A stretch of DNA of 63,493 bases, the filler included, from Octopus bimaculoides (lineage: Eukaryota), in assembly GCF_001194135.2 (NCBI RefSeq). It is 4 parts of 4 records of this genome, joined end to end, with 100 filler letters (N's around TTAATTAATTAA, not from the genome) between each part and the next. Parts side by side here need not be neighbours in the genome. Positions count along the whole stretch, not along the records: positions 1 to 29,701 come from NC_068981.1; 3 more parts are not named here. One strand, given 5' to 3'. Made by a program: the position numbers and the translations under genes. Of this stretch, positions 9,621 through 23,082 are shown piece after piece (position 1 is the first letter of the stretch; every line of letters starts with the position of its first letter). Under the pieces are notes generated by a model, which searched no databases, was not told the DNA's origin, and worked only from the letters and a program-made list of their open reading frames with translations.

Positions 9621-11313
9621 TGTATTCCTATTGTATGTGTCTATATTTGCGCATGCGTATCCCTCTATGAGTGTCTATATTTAGTAAGTGCGTGTGTGTG
9701 TGTGTGTGTATATGGGGAGTGCCTGTATTATCTGTATCCCCTGTTTATACATGTTCGTTTAATTTGTTTTTATTTATTTGTTCATGTGTTTATACCAACT
9801 TATTTTTTTTGTATTTAATTTAATTTTTTTAACGTATGTAATTATTTAATTCCATTTGTTTATCTGTTCATTGTATTATATTTTGTTCATATTGTTATCA
9901 GTTTATGGGGATTTTATTGTCATATGTTGTGGTTTGTGGGGGCAGGGGGTGCTAGTGTTCCATTCCAGTTTCCTATTCAGGCTAGGTTTATCTACATACC
10001 ATTCCTTCCCATCCCTACCTGACGTCAATAAGTTGTCGGATTCTGTTCTGCAAGTTGCAGACCAGCTGGCTCCACTAGACTATCCCAGCCACAGATGTGT
10101 TTGTTGGTGTTGTTTTGCCAATCTGTTCACTTGACCAGAAACACACTGACCGATAAAGCCCAACGCTCCCACCATCCCCTGCCCAATATTCTCATTTGGA
10201 AGTCATTTTTATACCTTCTCACTTTGACCTTTGACATCTGATAAAATAGACACTTATCTATGTCTGCGAAATTTGAAGTAATGACCTGTTAACACACACA
10301 CACAAACACACGCACAAACATCTATATATATACACTACAGCACAAACATCTATATATCTAGAACTCTTCTTTCTCAGACTGGAACGAACACGACACAATG
10401 AAGTAGAGAAATTTGAAAAGACAACACGAAACCGGTTATTTCTCAAAATACAATGTTTATATACCAAAAAGATTTTATAACATTTTTCTAACATTTTTCC
10501 AACATTTTTCTGACATAATTTAAATATATACTTTAACCATGTAACACAAGCCTTCTGTAGTTTTTTCACTCTTATTATCTTTTATACATCCAACCACGTG
10601 CTTTCACATACCAACTTTCTCACCTATANNNNNNNNNNNNNNNNNNNNNNNNNNNNNNNNNNNNNNNNNNNNNNNNNNNNNNNNNNNNNNNNNNNNNNNN
10701 NNNNNNNNNNNNNNNNNNNNNNNNNNNNNNNNNNNNNNNNNNNNNNNNNNNNNNNNNNNNNNNNNNNNNNNNNNNNNNNNNNNNNNNNNNNNNNNNNNNN
10801 NNNNNNNNNNNNNNNNNNNNNNNNNNNNNNNNNNNNNNNNNNNNNNNNNNNNNNNNNNNNNNNNNNNNNNNNNNNNNNNNNNNNNNNNNNNNNNNNNNNN
10901 NNNNNNNNNNNNNNNNNNNNNNNNNNNNNNNNNNNNNNNNNNNNNNNNNNNNNNNNNNNNNNNNNNNNNNNNNNNNNNNNNNNNNNNNNNNNNNNNNNNN
11001 NNNNNNNNNNNNNNNNNNNNNNNNNNNNNNNNNNNNNNNNNNNNNNNNNNNNNNNNNNNNNNNNNNNNNNNNNNNNNNNNNNNNNNNNNNNNNNNNNNNN
11101 NNNNNNNNNNNNNNNNNNNNNNNNNNNNNNNNNNNNNNNNNNNNNNNNNNNNNNNNNNNNNNNNNTGTGTGTGTGTGTGTGTGTGTATTATTAAAAATAG
11201 GGTAAAAAATCATATATTAATGAATATCGGTTAATTACCAGGAAGCTAGCACATTTAAAGAATCAAAGGGATTCAGAGACAGTATCTGCAATCTCAGGGG
11301 ATTAAAGTACATT

Positions 11314-11426
11314 TTTATATATGACGTTGACCACTAACGTGGACATTAGACACAAGATTAGACACAAGATGTGATCTATTTCTAGCACATTGAATGTCCA
11401 CGTTAGTGGTCAATGTCATATATAAA
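11314..11426. repeat. 34-bp near-perfect inverted repeat (hairpin or mini-MITE)
   Basis: 11314-11347 versus 11393-11426, with one mismatch. Confidence 0.85.
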
Positions 11427-11444
11427 TATATATATATATATATG

Positions 11445-11486
<42 letters not shown>

Positions 11487-11794
11487 TTGAACGCTTAAGA
11501 GATTTATAGAAAGCTTAAGGGTTTGTTTTTATGTCCTCACTCTGCTTCTTCCTTTCTATGGGAGAATTTAATTTTGATTTCAGTTTCAAGAACTGTCCGC
11601 CTTAAGTTAGATTTTTCCCTATCCATTAGTTCCCTACTCAGCCGGTTTGAAACCTTTGATCTGCGCCTCATACGGGTTTTCCTGTCTCTGGGTATTTCGT
11701 TTGTATGCATACTGGCCTTTCTTCTTGCGTATATAGCTTGCAATGTCGACATAAACTAAGTTTTAAGTCAATGTCTTGCATAGATAGACTGTAC

Positions 11795-11825
<31 letters not shown>

Positions 11826-11857
11826 TGTATGTATGTATATGTATATGTATATGTATA

Positions 11858-11887
<30 letters not shown>

Positions 11888-11888
<1 letters not shown>

Positions 11889-12140
11889 GTACGTGTGAAC
11901 CACTCGTACACTTGTGTGCGGCTCATGCACTCCTCTCCATACACTTTCTGCAACTTTGCGTAAGTCTCTGAGCAGGTTTCGCTATGACAGCTTTCTCTGT
12001 CGTGGTCAATGTGACGATCACACGCTACACACGTTCCTTCAAAGCACTGCTGTAAACAGCGGAAGAGAGCTAGAACGTTAAAACTTAGTGCACATGTACA
12101 GGAGAGTTCAAAGTCAATCTGTACCCAGCAGCTTCACTTT
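11888..12140 (-). mobile_element. Mariner (DD34D-type) 5' UTR and transposase N-terminal fragment
   Basis: Translation LQKVYGEECMSRTQVYEWF is a mariner HTH. 12040-12140 is homologous to 16865-16960. Confidence 0.75.
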
Positions 12141-12455
12141 TCAGGGCATTGAAGGGGTGTTTACTTTTGAATCTTAAACTATTGCAGTACCTGCTCCTGA
12201 TTTTAGCTGGAATGGACGGCACATTTGGTACCATGCAATGGCGTCCAGTTCAGACGTTTGTTTAACACTCTGTGCCGAAATTAGGCACTACACCTACCAG
12301 AATTTTCCATATGTAGATTATTACATATCTATCGCGTCTTTGCTCCGGGAGTAAAGTTGTAGTTTCTAGTAAAACATGCATTAACTTGCAAAAGTTAATT
12401 ATATATAGCATTTATTGGGTTGCTGCACAGAAACTCAGTCCTGAATGAAAATATT

Positions 12456-12487
<32 letters not shown>

Positions 12488-13039
12488 NNNNNNNNNNNNN
12501 NNNNNNNNNNNNNNNNNNNNNNNNNNNNNNNNNNNNNNNNNNNNNNNNNNNNNNNNNNNNNNNNNNNNNNNNNNNNNNNNNNNNNNNNNNNNNNNNNNNN
12601 NNNNNNNNNNNNNNNNNNNNNNNNNNNNNNNNNNNNNNNNGTTTACACTTTCACCTTCCGCAAAAAATTCCAAATTTAATTAATTTGCTTTGCGGGAAGG
12701 ACTGTTCCAACGAAGTCGCGTATTGTCGTTGCCTTCGAAACGCGGAGTAGAAGGAACAGGGACAACTGAAGAAGGGAAATATTCTTTATGTTGCATGTCT
12801 CGTTTCTCTGTTTGTTTGTTTTTTTTGTTTTTTTTTCGTTATTCGAAAAAAAGTTCGTTTTCTGTCTTCGTCTTTATGTTTTCGTTTCTTATTGTGTTTA
12901 ACGTTTTTCGTGATGTCCTGTACCATATATGCATGTATGTATACATATTGATGTAGGTATGTACATATATGTATGGATATATTTATATACTATTTATGTT
13001 ATATACATATATACACAGGCATATATTATTTATGTATAT

Positions 13040-13300
13040 TCAAAATTGCTGGAGAATCCAAAGCCACCAAGAAAAGAGCACTCAACACATTGCTTCTGTC
13101 TGAGGAGAGAGTCAGCCATGCTAACAAGTCATGCGATAGAAAGTGGATGGCCAGAAAGTACCGGGAAATTGTTGGAGTATTTTGTTGGGGACTAGGTTAC
13201 TGCAGTTCAATGAGGTGGAGAATCATCAATGCCAGGAGCAAGAGAGAGCGCTTTGTGCAATGAATCCGCGATTCAACAAAAGAGAATTGTAAAAGCAGTA
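13040..13300 (+). pseudogene. Possible Gypsy-like pol relic
   Basis: Only the peptide HAIESGWPESTGKLLEYF, which resembles the I..GWP motif upstream of the Gypsy integrase zinc finger. Weak support. Confidence 0.25.
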
Positions 13301-14199
13301 GTCACGTTACATCCATTGTGCAGCCACGCCTGCGCCTATATGTGTATATATATATATATATACATTCACACATGCAGATATATATATACACACACAGGTA
13401 TACACACGCACATATATATGTATATNNNNNNNNNNNNNNNNNNNNNNNNNNNNNNNNNNNNNNNNNNNNNNNNNNNNNNNNNNNNNNNNNNNNNNNNNNN
13501 NNNNNNNNNNNNNNNNNNNNNNNNNNNNNNNNNNNNNNNNNNNNNNNNNNNNNNNNNNNNNNNNNNNNNNNNNNNNNNNNNNNNNNNNNNNNNNNNNNNN
13601 NNNNNNNNNNNNNNNNNNNNNNNNNNNNNNNNNNNNNNNNNNNNNNNNNNNNNNNNNNNNNNNNNNNNNNNNNNNNNNNNNNNNNNNNNNNNNNNNNNNN
13701 NNNNNNNNNNNNNNNNNNNNNNNNNNNNNNNNNNNNNNNNNNNNNNNNNNNNNNNNNNNNNNNNNNNNNNNNNNNNNNNNNNNNNNNNNNNNNNNNNNNN
13801 NNNNNNNNNNNNNNNNNNNNNNNNNNNNNNNNNNNNNNNNNNNNNNNNNNNNNNNNNNNNNNNNNNNNNNNNNNNNNNNNNNNNNNNNNNNNNNNNNNNN
13901 NNNNNNNNNNNNNNNNNNNNNNNNNNNNNNNNNNNNNNNNNNNNNNNNNNNNNNNNNNNNNNNNNNNNNNNNNNNNNNNNNNNNNNNNNNNNNNNNNNNN
14001 NNNNNNNNNNNNNNNNNNNNNNNNNNNNNNNNNNNNNNNNNNNNNNNNNNNNNNNNNNNNNNNNNNNNNNNNNNNNNNNNNNNNNNNNNNNNNNNNNNNN
14101 NNNNNNNNNNNNNNNNNNNNNNNNNNNNNNNNNNNNNNNNNNNNNNNNNNNNNNNNNNNNNNNNNNNNNNNNNNNNNNNNNNNNNNNNNNNNNNNNNNN

Positions 14200-14239
<40 letters not shown>

Positions 14240-14247
<8 letters not shown>

Positions 14248-14450
14248 TCCCCCGCCATCGCTTGACAACCGATGTTGGTAGTTTACGTCCGCGTAACATA
14301 GCGGTTTGGCAAAAGACACCGATAGAATAGGCTTACAATGAATACATCCTGGGTCGATCTCTTTGACAAAACAAAACAAAAACTTTTAAGGTGTTGCTCC
14401 AGCATGGCTGCAGTTATATGACTGAAACAAGAAAAGAATAATAAAATGAA
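14240..14450 (+). mobile_element. SINE family A, 3' half
   Basis: tttgtcccccgccatcgcttgacaaccgatg...ggtgttgctccagcatggctgcag...tgactgaaacaag. Confidence 0.85.
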
Positions 14451-15056
14451 ACAGCTTCTACATATGAATATGAGCATACATTATTGCCTACGTAAGAACA
14501 TAAACAAATCCACCCACGTCTAGACATAGGGAGACACCGACAGAATTTTAAAAAAGTAAAAAAAAAACAGAAAGAGTGAGACAGAAACAAGGGGGAAAGG
14601 TTAAAACCAGAGAGAAAGGAGGAGGTGGAGTCAGACGGAAAACCAGACTAAACAGTCAGACAGTCATATAATGGTTGTAAAGCTGCAGATAGGGAAAGCT
14701 AAAACCATTGGTGTTTAGACTAACTCAGCTCTGGTTTCTTTCGGTCTTTGTTCATTGACAACAATTTGTAACGGTTGGTTTCACATCGCTATTTTATCCC
14801 CCTCAACAGACGGTTAATGGATCTTCCATTTTATCCAATCAAAAAACTCGTCATTCTACACTCTAATTTTCTCTTTTTCCCAAACACGTATTTCAAAGAA
14901 GTTAATTCTTTACGACAACGAAAGGAACTTCAGTCCAGTTATTCGGCCTAAGAATATCACAGTCTGGTACTTAGGAAACATAGTTTTAAATGATAGTAGC
15001 TTTCGTTTCCTTTTTTTCTTTCTCTTTATCTTTCGTTGTCATTGTTGTATTCGTCG

Positions 15057-15158
<102 letters not shown>

Positions 15159-15484
15159 NNNNNNNNNNNNNNNNNNNNNNNNNNNNNNNNNNNNNNNNNN
15201 NNNNNNNNNNNNNNNNNNNNNNNNNNNNNNNNNNNNNNNNNNNNNNNNNNNNNNNNNNNNNNNNNNNNNNNNNNNNNNNNNNNNNNNNNNNNNNNNNNNN
15301 NNNNNNNNNNNNNNNNNNNNNNNNNNNNNNNNNNNNNNNNNNNNNNNNNNNNNNNNNNNNNNNNNNNNNNNNNNNNNNNNNNNNNNNNNNNNNNNNNNNN
15401 NNNNNNNNNNNNNNNNNNNNNNNNNNNNNNNNNNNNNNNNNNNNNNNNNNNNNNNNNNNNNNNNNNNNNNNNNNNNNNNNNNNN

Positions 15485-15660
15485 NTACGTTCTGAGTTCA
15501 AATTCCGCCAAGGTCGACTTTGCCTTTCATCCTTTCGGGGTCGATGAATTAAGTAGCAGTTGAGTACTGGGGTCGATGTAATCGACTTAATCCGTTCGTC
15601 TGTTCTTGTTTGCTCCCTCTATGTTTAGCCCCTTGTGGGCAATAACGAAATAGGTATTAG
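15485..15660 (+). mobile_element. SINE family B (5' end in gap)
   Basis: B-box gagttcaaattcc, then gcctttcatcctttcggggtcgatgaattaagta core. Confidence 0.85.
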
Positions 15661-15779
15661 ATTGCTAGACACCAAGCCGTATTCTGTGACTTTGTTTAAT
15701 CTACGCTGTGCCAGGAGGCAAACAGGCTTTCTGCAGGTTCAGGAAATTCATCTCAATATCCAATACCTTCAGCCAGTGA

Positions 15780-16200
15780 TTCAGGCTTCTTGCAACTCTT
15801 CCTCGGATTCTAATTACCATTTGTATAATTGTTAACTTTACAATTCAAGGCTCTCTAAAGTGAATAGTTTAGGTCCTTTTTCTAATTTGCCAAGCTGTTT
15901 GACGGCCAATCTTGTATCAAGCGAACAAACAGCATCGATTAAACAACTCACTCTTTTCTCGTTATTGAGTACGAAAATATCTGGGCGTGAATTAATCAGT
16001 TCTTTCTGTCGTTTAGAAAGGAGAGTGAGGGTGGAGAAGGAAGTCCTTCCACCACTCCTCATTGAATTCTTTGAAACGTGGGGTATAGTTGGAAAGATGA
16101 TTCGTGTAAACGGGCTTGTCCTGAGTAATGCCTGTACGTAGAAGGACAGCAGTTGTGAGAGGGTGTCATGCCCTCTTGGTCAGGATGCTCTTCAAACATT
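15780..16200 (-). mobile_element. RLE endonuclease fragment of an R4/Dong-like LINE
   Basis: Minus ORF ...NSRPDIFVLNNEKRVSCLIDAVCSLDTRLAVKQLGKLEK matches the RPD...(L)ID...K PD-(D/E)xK pattern. Confidence 0.65.
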
Positions 16201-16467
16201 TCGCCTGATTACCATAGTGGCATGAAATTCTCGAACCACAGAACAAGCTCTTAATTTCAGTTTCAATTATGAAAAAAATACTTTGCAACATATATTGAGC
16301 ACTCCTTTCTCGTTCATTCGATATAAAGCAACGTACAAATATATGTATATAAATATCTATAAATATCTATATATAAATATAGACATGCATACACATACAC
16401 ATACACATAAATATGGGTGTGCGTGCGCGTTTTTATATACACATACACACACACACACACACATATA

Positions 16468-17035
16468 CACGTGGTCTGATCAAAATGTATTGGAACTGGT
16501 GCTCTAAAAAGAAAACTACAACATACATCAACTCGGCATTTCGAAGTAGTCCTTTTCTGAATCCACACACTTTATCCAGCGTCATTTCCAGTGGTGGAAG
16601 CATTCTTGAAACGCCTTTCCTGAGATTGCGAGCAGCTACCTCGTCTCATTTTCTTGGATTTCCTCGACATTTTGAAAATCTTATTGAGGTCTTCCACTGC
16701 GAAGACTGAGCCTCATATTCGGAGTCATAGCCATAAACCCACGATTTGTCACCTGTTATGACCTTTTCTCAAAACGTTTTCGTTTTCCTTGACACAAGGA
16801 AAATCCTGCGCAGCTGAAACCAGATCTTATTTTTGAGACGACCACACTTTACACACTTTACTTCAAGCACTGCTGTAAACAACGGAGGTGAGCGAGAACG
16901 TCATAACTTAGTGTGCGAGCGCAACAGAGTTCGTGGTCAATCTATGTTAAGCAGCTTCATTCTACAATACCCCTGCTCCGTTACACTAGCAATAGTCCCG
17001 ATACATTTTTTTTTTTTTTTTTTGATCAGACCTCG
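16468..17035 (-). mobile_element. Internally deleted mariner element with both TIRs and TA flanks
   Basis: Left end cgtggtctgatcaaaatgtattggaact; right end agtcccgatacatt(t)ntgatcagacctcg|TA. Peptides EKVITGDKSWVYGYDSEYEAQSSQWKT and AFQECFHHWK*RWIKCVDSEKDYFE. Confidence 0.9.
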
Positions 17036-17311
17036 TATATACCATTCGTGTGTATATGCATGTATTTAAGAATACTTGTCAGTTTTCTCCCGATATCGTA
17101 TATACATCACCCGATCTTATTCGGCATATTTTATTTTTGGACATTTAACGCCGCCGCACTAAAGTATAAACATACTGTAATATAAGTTCCAATGAATAAA
17201 TAGCTGTTACATGAAACTTGAATCATTCACGATCACGTGTTTGTCTCTGTTCAAAATTATTTCCTCGTGTGATGTAATGATGTCGGCTACAGTATTAGTC
17301 ATTTAGTTATT

Positions 17312-17342
<31 letters not shown>

Positions 17343-17391
17343 CATATATATGTACATTCATACATATATATACATATTATTCACACCCACA

Positions 17392-17468
<77 letters not shown>

Positions 17469-17470
17469 TT

Positions 17471-17676
17471 AAGGCGGCGGACTGGCTGAATCGTTAGCAC
17501 GTCGGGCGAAATGCTTAGCGGTATTTCTTCTACTGCTACACTCTGAGTTCAAATTCCGCCGAGGTTGACTATGCCTTTCAGCCTCTCGAGGTCAATAAAC
17601 TAAGTACCAGCGAAAACATTGGGACACAATATAATCGACAAATATCAGGCCTTGTGCCTATAGTAAGAAGGATTGT
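17471..17676 (+). mobile_element. SINE family B, near full length
   Basis: (tta)n-aaggcggcggactggctgaatcgttagc (A-box-like), gagttcaaattcc (B-box), ending ...ccttgtgcctatagtaagaaggatt. Confidence 0.85.
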
Positions 17677-17880
17677 TGCTGTTGTTGTTGCATCCGGGCT
17701 ATTATTATTGTTGTTGATTTCTGTCTTTTTTTTTAATTGTGTTGATATTGCTTACGCGCAAAATGCATACTCACACACACACGCGCGCATTCTTTGTTTT
17801 GTCCTGTATATTCATAACGATTTTCTTAATGTAAAGAAATCATCATCATTATCATCATAATTATTATCATATTATTATTA

Positions 17881-17949
<69 letters not shown>

Positions 17950-17951
<2 letters not shown>

Positions 17952-18350
17952 TGGTTTGACTCAGGTTCGGTCTTATTCCTGGTGGGATTTACGTGGGTAG
18001 CGGGTTACTGCCTGTAACCTTAGGTATCCACAAGTTATCAGTGATCTTTCAAATGCTTAGAACCCTCCTGATAATCGTTGCTGTCACAAAGAGACAAACT
18101 TTCTGTTGGGAGCTCTAGAGCGTATTCTATTCGAATTTCTTTCAACTATTTGTTGACATCTTTGCTTACTGTTCCCAACGCACCAATTATTATAGGAACG
18201 ACTTTTACTGCACTCATGCTCCAAATTGGTGTTATTTCAAATTTTAAGGGATTGTTTTTTTTAGTTTTACGTCCTCTTTCTTTTCGATCCTGGAATGAAA
18301 GGGGCATGATGGATCGATTAGTAAGCAGCTTCGCTTTTCCCTATCTGTAA
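17950..18350 (-). mobile_element. 3' end of an RLE LINE (ORF C-terminus and 3' UTR)
   Basis: Minus translation LKFEITPIWSMSAVKVVPIIIGALGTVSKDVNK*LKEI...QKVCLFVTATIIRRVLSI*, followed by a (CTA/TAA)n tail. Confidence 0.75.
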
Positions 18351-18562
18351 TCGTTGTGTCCCGTCTATTATTTTCTAACTTCTTATCCGTTTTTAATTGC
18401 CCTTTTTTTTTTAACTAAGCCCAATATTTTGTTCTACATATGTCTTCAATGGCTCTCCAAAATTGGTCATGCAGGGGTTTCTCTTCAATCTGTCTGATGT
18501 GCTCTTTTTGCATTTCATTCTTGTCCTTTTCTCCTATTACGCACTTGATCACCTGTTCTTTA

Positions 18563-18625
<63 letters not shown>

Positions 18626-18632
18626 CATTATT

Positions 18633-19985
18633 GAGTGAGAGAGCAGTGTATGCCATCAAAGTGACACTGGCGTAAAATATACGAAGCCCATCATGACTAC
18701 CAGTCTGATAAGGGTACACCAGGCACATGCATCACAACCATGTGTGCGCGACATGGTGATCTCATATCAAGATAAACAGCACATGACCTTGCAGGTGGGG
18801 GCCCAATTAGAATTTTATTCAGGTCAAGTAGCCCATCCCGCTCAAAAGGTCCCTGAATAAGGTTTGTTTAAGGATGTTGAGCAAAACACACATGCTTCAA
18901 AAGGTGAATTATTCAAACCCCAAAGAATTCCTCTCAACACATGGCTATGATGCTTCCCCACTACTTCTGCTCATGATCAGAGATGCACATATCGTCAGCC
19001 ACCAAGGGACATGCTCAACTCGTTAACAATATTTGTGTTTAATTTCAAGTTGGTGGCCCACGATGAAATGAGGTCAGCTATAGCTTTGACTATTCTCACA
19101 AGAACTTTAGAAAGTTGGAGGGCTTCTAGCATCCATGAGTGGGGAAGAGAATCTAGCCTCATTGAAATTGGTTTCCTCCTATGCTCTCGCACCTCTGACA
19201 CCACAGTTTTGTTTATTAACAATTGCTCGGCACATTCCCAGACTCCCTTCTTCCCAGTTGCTTGTTCTGCTTTGATGATGTTATTGGTTTCGCAATGGTC
19301 CTGGAGGAAGAGGTGTAAGCAAGCTGTGTATATCATATACATTAAGTTCTGGCATGCAATTCGCTGGTAGTCTTTTTGCCATGAGGGTGGTTATGCATTT
19401 GGGGGTCAATTTTGTCTCTGCCAGAGTTAACCAGTGTGGTATGCTACTGTTCCCAATGAGAGCTTGCTGGTACAGATTGATAAGATATGGTCGATAGAAG
19501 ATTAGCTTCTTGTACTAATAAGTCTCTTTCAGGTGCTTTTTCATCCTGGAGTTTCTGGATCACAGTTGCAAGAATATCACCATGACTACTGTATGTCTTG
19601 GGTTTAGCGCACGAGCAATAACTTCTTCGGACTTCTTCCAGTCACAGAGCATCTTGGTTAAACTCCTATTCTTCACTCCATATTTTACTCCAGAAGGAGT
19701 CTACATCTTCTCGTGAAGGACCTTCTGTAATGTTCACAGCTCCTCCTCCTCCTCCTCACATGTCTCTATATACTGCTGCTTTGTTCCGGTTAATTTTTTT
19801 GTTTTTCTCTCGGTTATTCTCTTCTGATGTCGGAGTTTCTCACTGACAGCTTTTAGTTCCTACCTGAGGGTAATCAGTTTTCAAGGGAGTGTCCTCTTTT
19901 TACTCTTTCCAAACATCATTTCTATCTCCTTTACGTTCTGTTGGTGGGACGTATAGTGATTTGCTTGTTTGCTTTCAATGAGCAT
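18633..19985 (-). mobile_element. Internally deleted R4/Dong-like LINE: pre-RT/RT N-half fused to the (TAA)n-tailed 3' unit
   Basis: Peptides EDVDSFWSKIWSEE, ...YTACLHLFLQDHCETNNII..EQ...CAEQLLINKTV...DSLPHSWMLEAL (R4/Dong RT domains 1-3). 18633-19025 is homologous to 3593-3993. Confidence 0.85.
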
Positions 19986-20215
19986 CATATGTATGTATGT
20001 ATGTATGTCTCATCTATTATTTAATCATTCTAAATCTTCCATTGAAGAGGGAGCCGGTTTCCAACAAAGATACCACGCTCCATCTTTGGGATGTAGTTAA
20101 CACAGACAAAATCAGATTTGGAACTTGAGAAAAGTCTTGCATATTTTTACTGTTCTACTCACAGCTTGCACTTGTAAGGTATGTATGCATGCATGTATAT
20201 ATGTATGTACGTATG

Positions 20216-20249
<34 letters not shown>

Positions 20250-21009
20250 TGTATGTATGTACGTACGTATGTATGTATGTACGTATGTATATATGTATGT
20301 ATATATGTATGTATGCATGTACTACGTCTGTACGTATGTATTGTATGTATGCGTACGCACTCGCATCATACATACGTACGTGTATGTAAGTACGTTTGTA
20401 CCCAGCATATTTAGAGACAGTAGAATGTGAAATCACAATGTATACAGTCGAATCTAAAAACTGTGTATAGTGATTAGTCTGAGTATATTATATTTGATAC
20501 CACTTCACTAATGTCTCTGTAATTGGGATTCATTTCTAACTGAGGCACAGAATAAGGTTTATGAGATGGGGATTGCATCGGGAAATGTCGTTTATACTAT
20601 AAACACAAGAATTCACAGAAGAGAGTGGAGCTTTTGTGTACCAGTGAGGAAATTCCTCTTAAATCCCTTCGTATAAGGTTACAGTACTTATAGGAGCGGC
20701 AAAGTCGACTAAAATGCTTAACATGCAGTTTACAGTCGTAAAAGAGTGAAAGTAGATTGTGCTCAGAAAGCTGAAAGTAAACTGTGATAGAAGCCAGAAG
20801 TGACGGCAGTTACATGCCAAAATTTCATAAAATGAGCGTGAAGAACTCCCCCGTTATACTGCGTCCTCACGCACTTACATATATAGTACCTTCTACTGAT
20901 ATATTAAATATTTCAGAAATAGGAACAGGAGGATACTATATTCAGAAACGAATACCGTTGGAAAGTTTCCATCTTGTATAAAATATGTGTGGTTTTCATG
21001 TTATATTAT

Positions 21010-21168
21010 ATGTGTGGTAAAAGCTGGCTTCCTGACCACATGATTCTGGGTTCAATCCCATTACGTAGCATGTTGATCACTTGTCTCTTCCTATAACGTC
21101 GAGCTTAGCAAAGGCTTGTGAGTGGATTTGGTAGACGGAAACTGAAAAACCCGTTGTGTGTGTGTGCG

Positions 21169-21259
<91 letters not shown>

Positions 21260-21630
21260 ACGCAAGAGTTAAGGAATAAAGTAGATGATATCATATGTTT
21301 CATAGCGAATGGAACCTCAGAAGCAGTATATATCCAAGTGAGCTATATACTGTAGGCTACTCATCGTACTTCGATACAAAAAAAAAAAAAGAAAAATCCA
21401 CAACCTTTCGCCGAACCGCTAAATTGCGGATACGTAAATACTCTAACACTGGCTGTCAAACACAAACGCACGCACGCACAAATACAACAGGCTTCTATTT
21501 AGTTTCCATCTACCAAATCCACTAACAAGAATTTAGAAGACACTTGTCCAAGGTGCCACGCAGTGGGACTGAACCCGGAACTATGTGGTTAGGAAGTAAG
21601 TTTCATATCGCACAGCCACGCCTGCACCCG
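21010..21630. mobile_element. Two SINE family A 5' halves in opposite orientation (21010-21160 +; 21480-21630 -)
   Basis: gggttcaatcccattacgtagc...gtggatttggtagacggaaactg and its reverse complement tttccatctaccaaatccact...gtgccacgcagtgggactgaacccgg. Confidence 0.75.
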
Positions 21631-22128
21631 TAATGTACAATATCTAGAGTAAGATTATCATTTTCTATGTAACTCCCAGTAACACAGTCCATTACTCACT
21701 ACTTATAGAGGGGGATATCTTAAGTATAACTTCTAACTACATATTCTCCATTCACCTGCTTCTACTATCTGATATATATACATAAACGGTACTTATGTGT
21801 GAGTCTATGTATGTGAAAGAGAGAGAAAGAGAGAGAGAGAGAGGGGGGGAGAGAGCGAGAGTGAAGGAAAGACAGACAGAGCTGGCTGACTCATGTTGAA
21901 TTGAGTAATTTTGGCAAGATTTCACTAAATTAATTAGCTCCTAACTAGACAGGTCTCTTGTATCTCTCTGAAGACGTTCAGGAAATCTCATCATTATCTG
22001 TCTTTGTATACGTGTGGGCATACATACATACATCCATGCATACATAGATATGTGCATACATACATGCATGCATACATACATACATACATGCATGCATACA
22101 TACATACATGCATGCATACATGCATGCA

Positions 22129-22161
<33 letters not shown>

Positions 22162-22261
22162 GCACACATACATACATACGTGTATATAGATATATTAGAT
22201 ATGTAGCGCTAAAAATAATAGTAATAAAAACAGATATAACAACAACAACAATAACGCTGAT

Positions 22262-22332
<71 letters not shown>

Positions 22333-22578
22333 TGATGATGATTATTATTATTATTATTATTATTATNNNNNNNNNNNNNNNNNNNNNNNNNNNNNNNNNN
22401 NNNNNNNNNNNNNNNNNNNNNNNNNNNNNNNNNNNNNNNNNNNNNNNNNNNNNNNNNNNNNNNNNNNNNNNNNNNNNNNNNNNNNNNNNNNNNNNNNNNN
22501 NNNNNNNNNNNNNNNNNNNNNNNNNNNNNNNNNNNNNNNNNNNNNNNNNNNNNNNNNNNNNNNNNNNNNNNNNNNNNN

Positions 22579-22628
<50 letters not shown>

Positions 22629-22632
22629 GATG

Positions 22633-22675
<43 letters not shown>

Positions 22676-22743
22676 TAATGATGGTGATGATGATGATATT
22701 AATAATAATAACAACAACAACAACAACAACAATAACAACAACC

Positions 22744-22777
<34 letters not shown>

Positions 22778-22784
22778 TAATGAT

Positions 22785-22994
22785 AATCTTTTCTACTATA
22801 GGCACAAGGCCTGAAAGTTTGGGGGTGGGGATGATTGTCGATTACATCGACCCCAGTACACAACTGATACTTTTTTTATCGACTCCGAAAGGATGAAAAG
22901 TAAATTTGACATCGGCGGAATTTGAACGTAAAGATGGATGAAATACCATGAAGAATTTTTCCAGCCGCATTAACGATTCTACCAACTCACCGCT

Positions 22995-22996
<2 letters not shown>
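22785..22996 (-). mobile_element. SINE family B inside (AAT)n
   Basis: Reverse complement of the family B consensus, with (aat)n on both sides. Confidence 0.85.
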
Positions 22997-23049
<53 letters not shown>

Positions 23050-23082
23050 TGATAATAATAATGATGATGATGATGATGATGA

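Noticed and set aside
21305-21342. 32-nt + strand mini-exon candidate (tttcatag|...CCAA|gtgagc) as a missing CCDC50 5' exon
   Set aside because: No frame resembles the CCDC50 N-terminus, and it lies across an artificial join from the gene.
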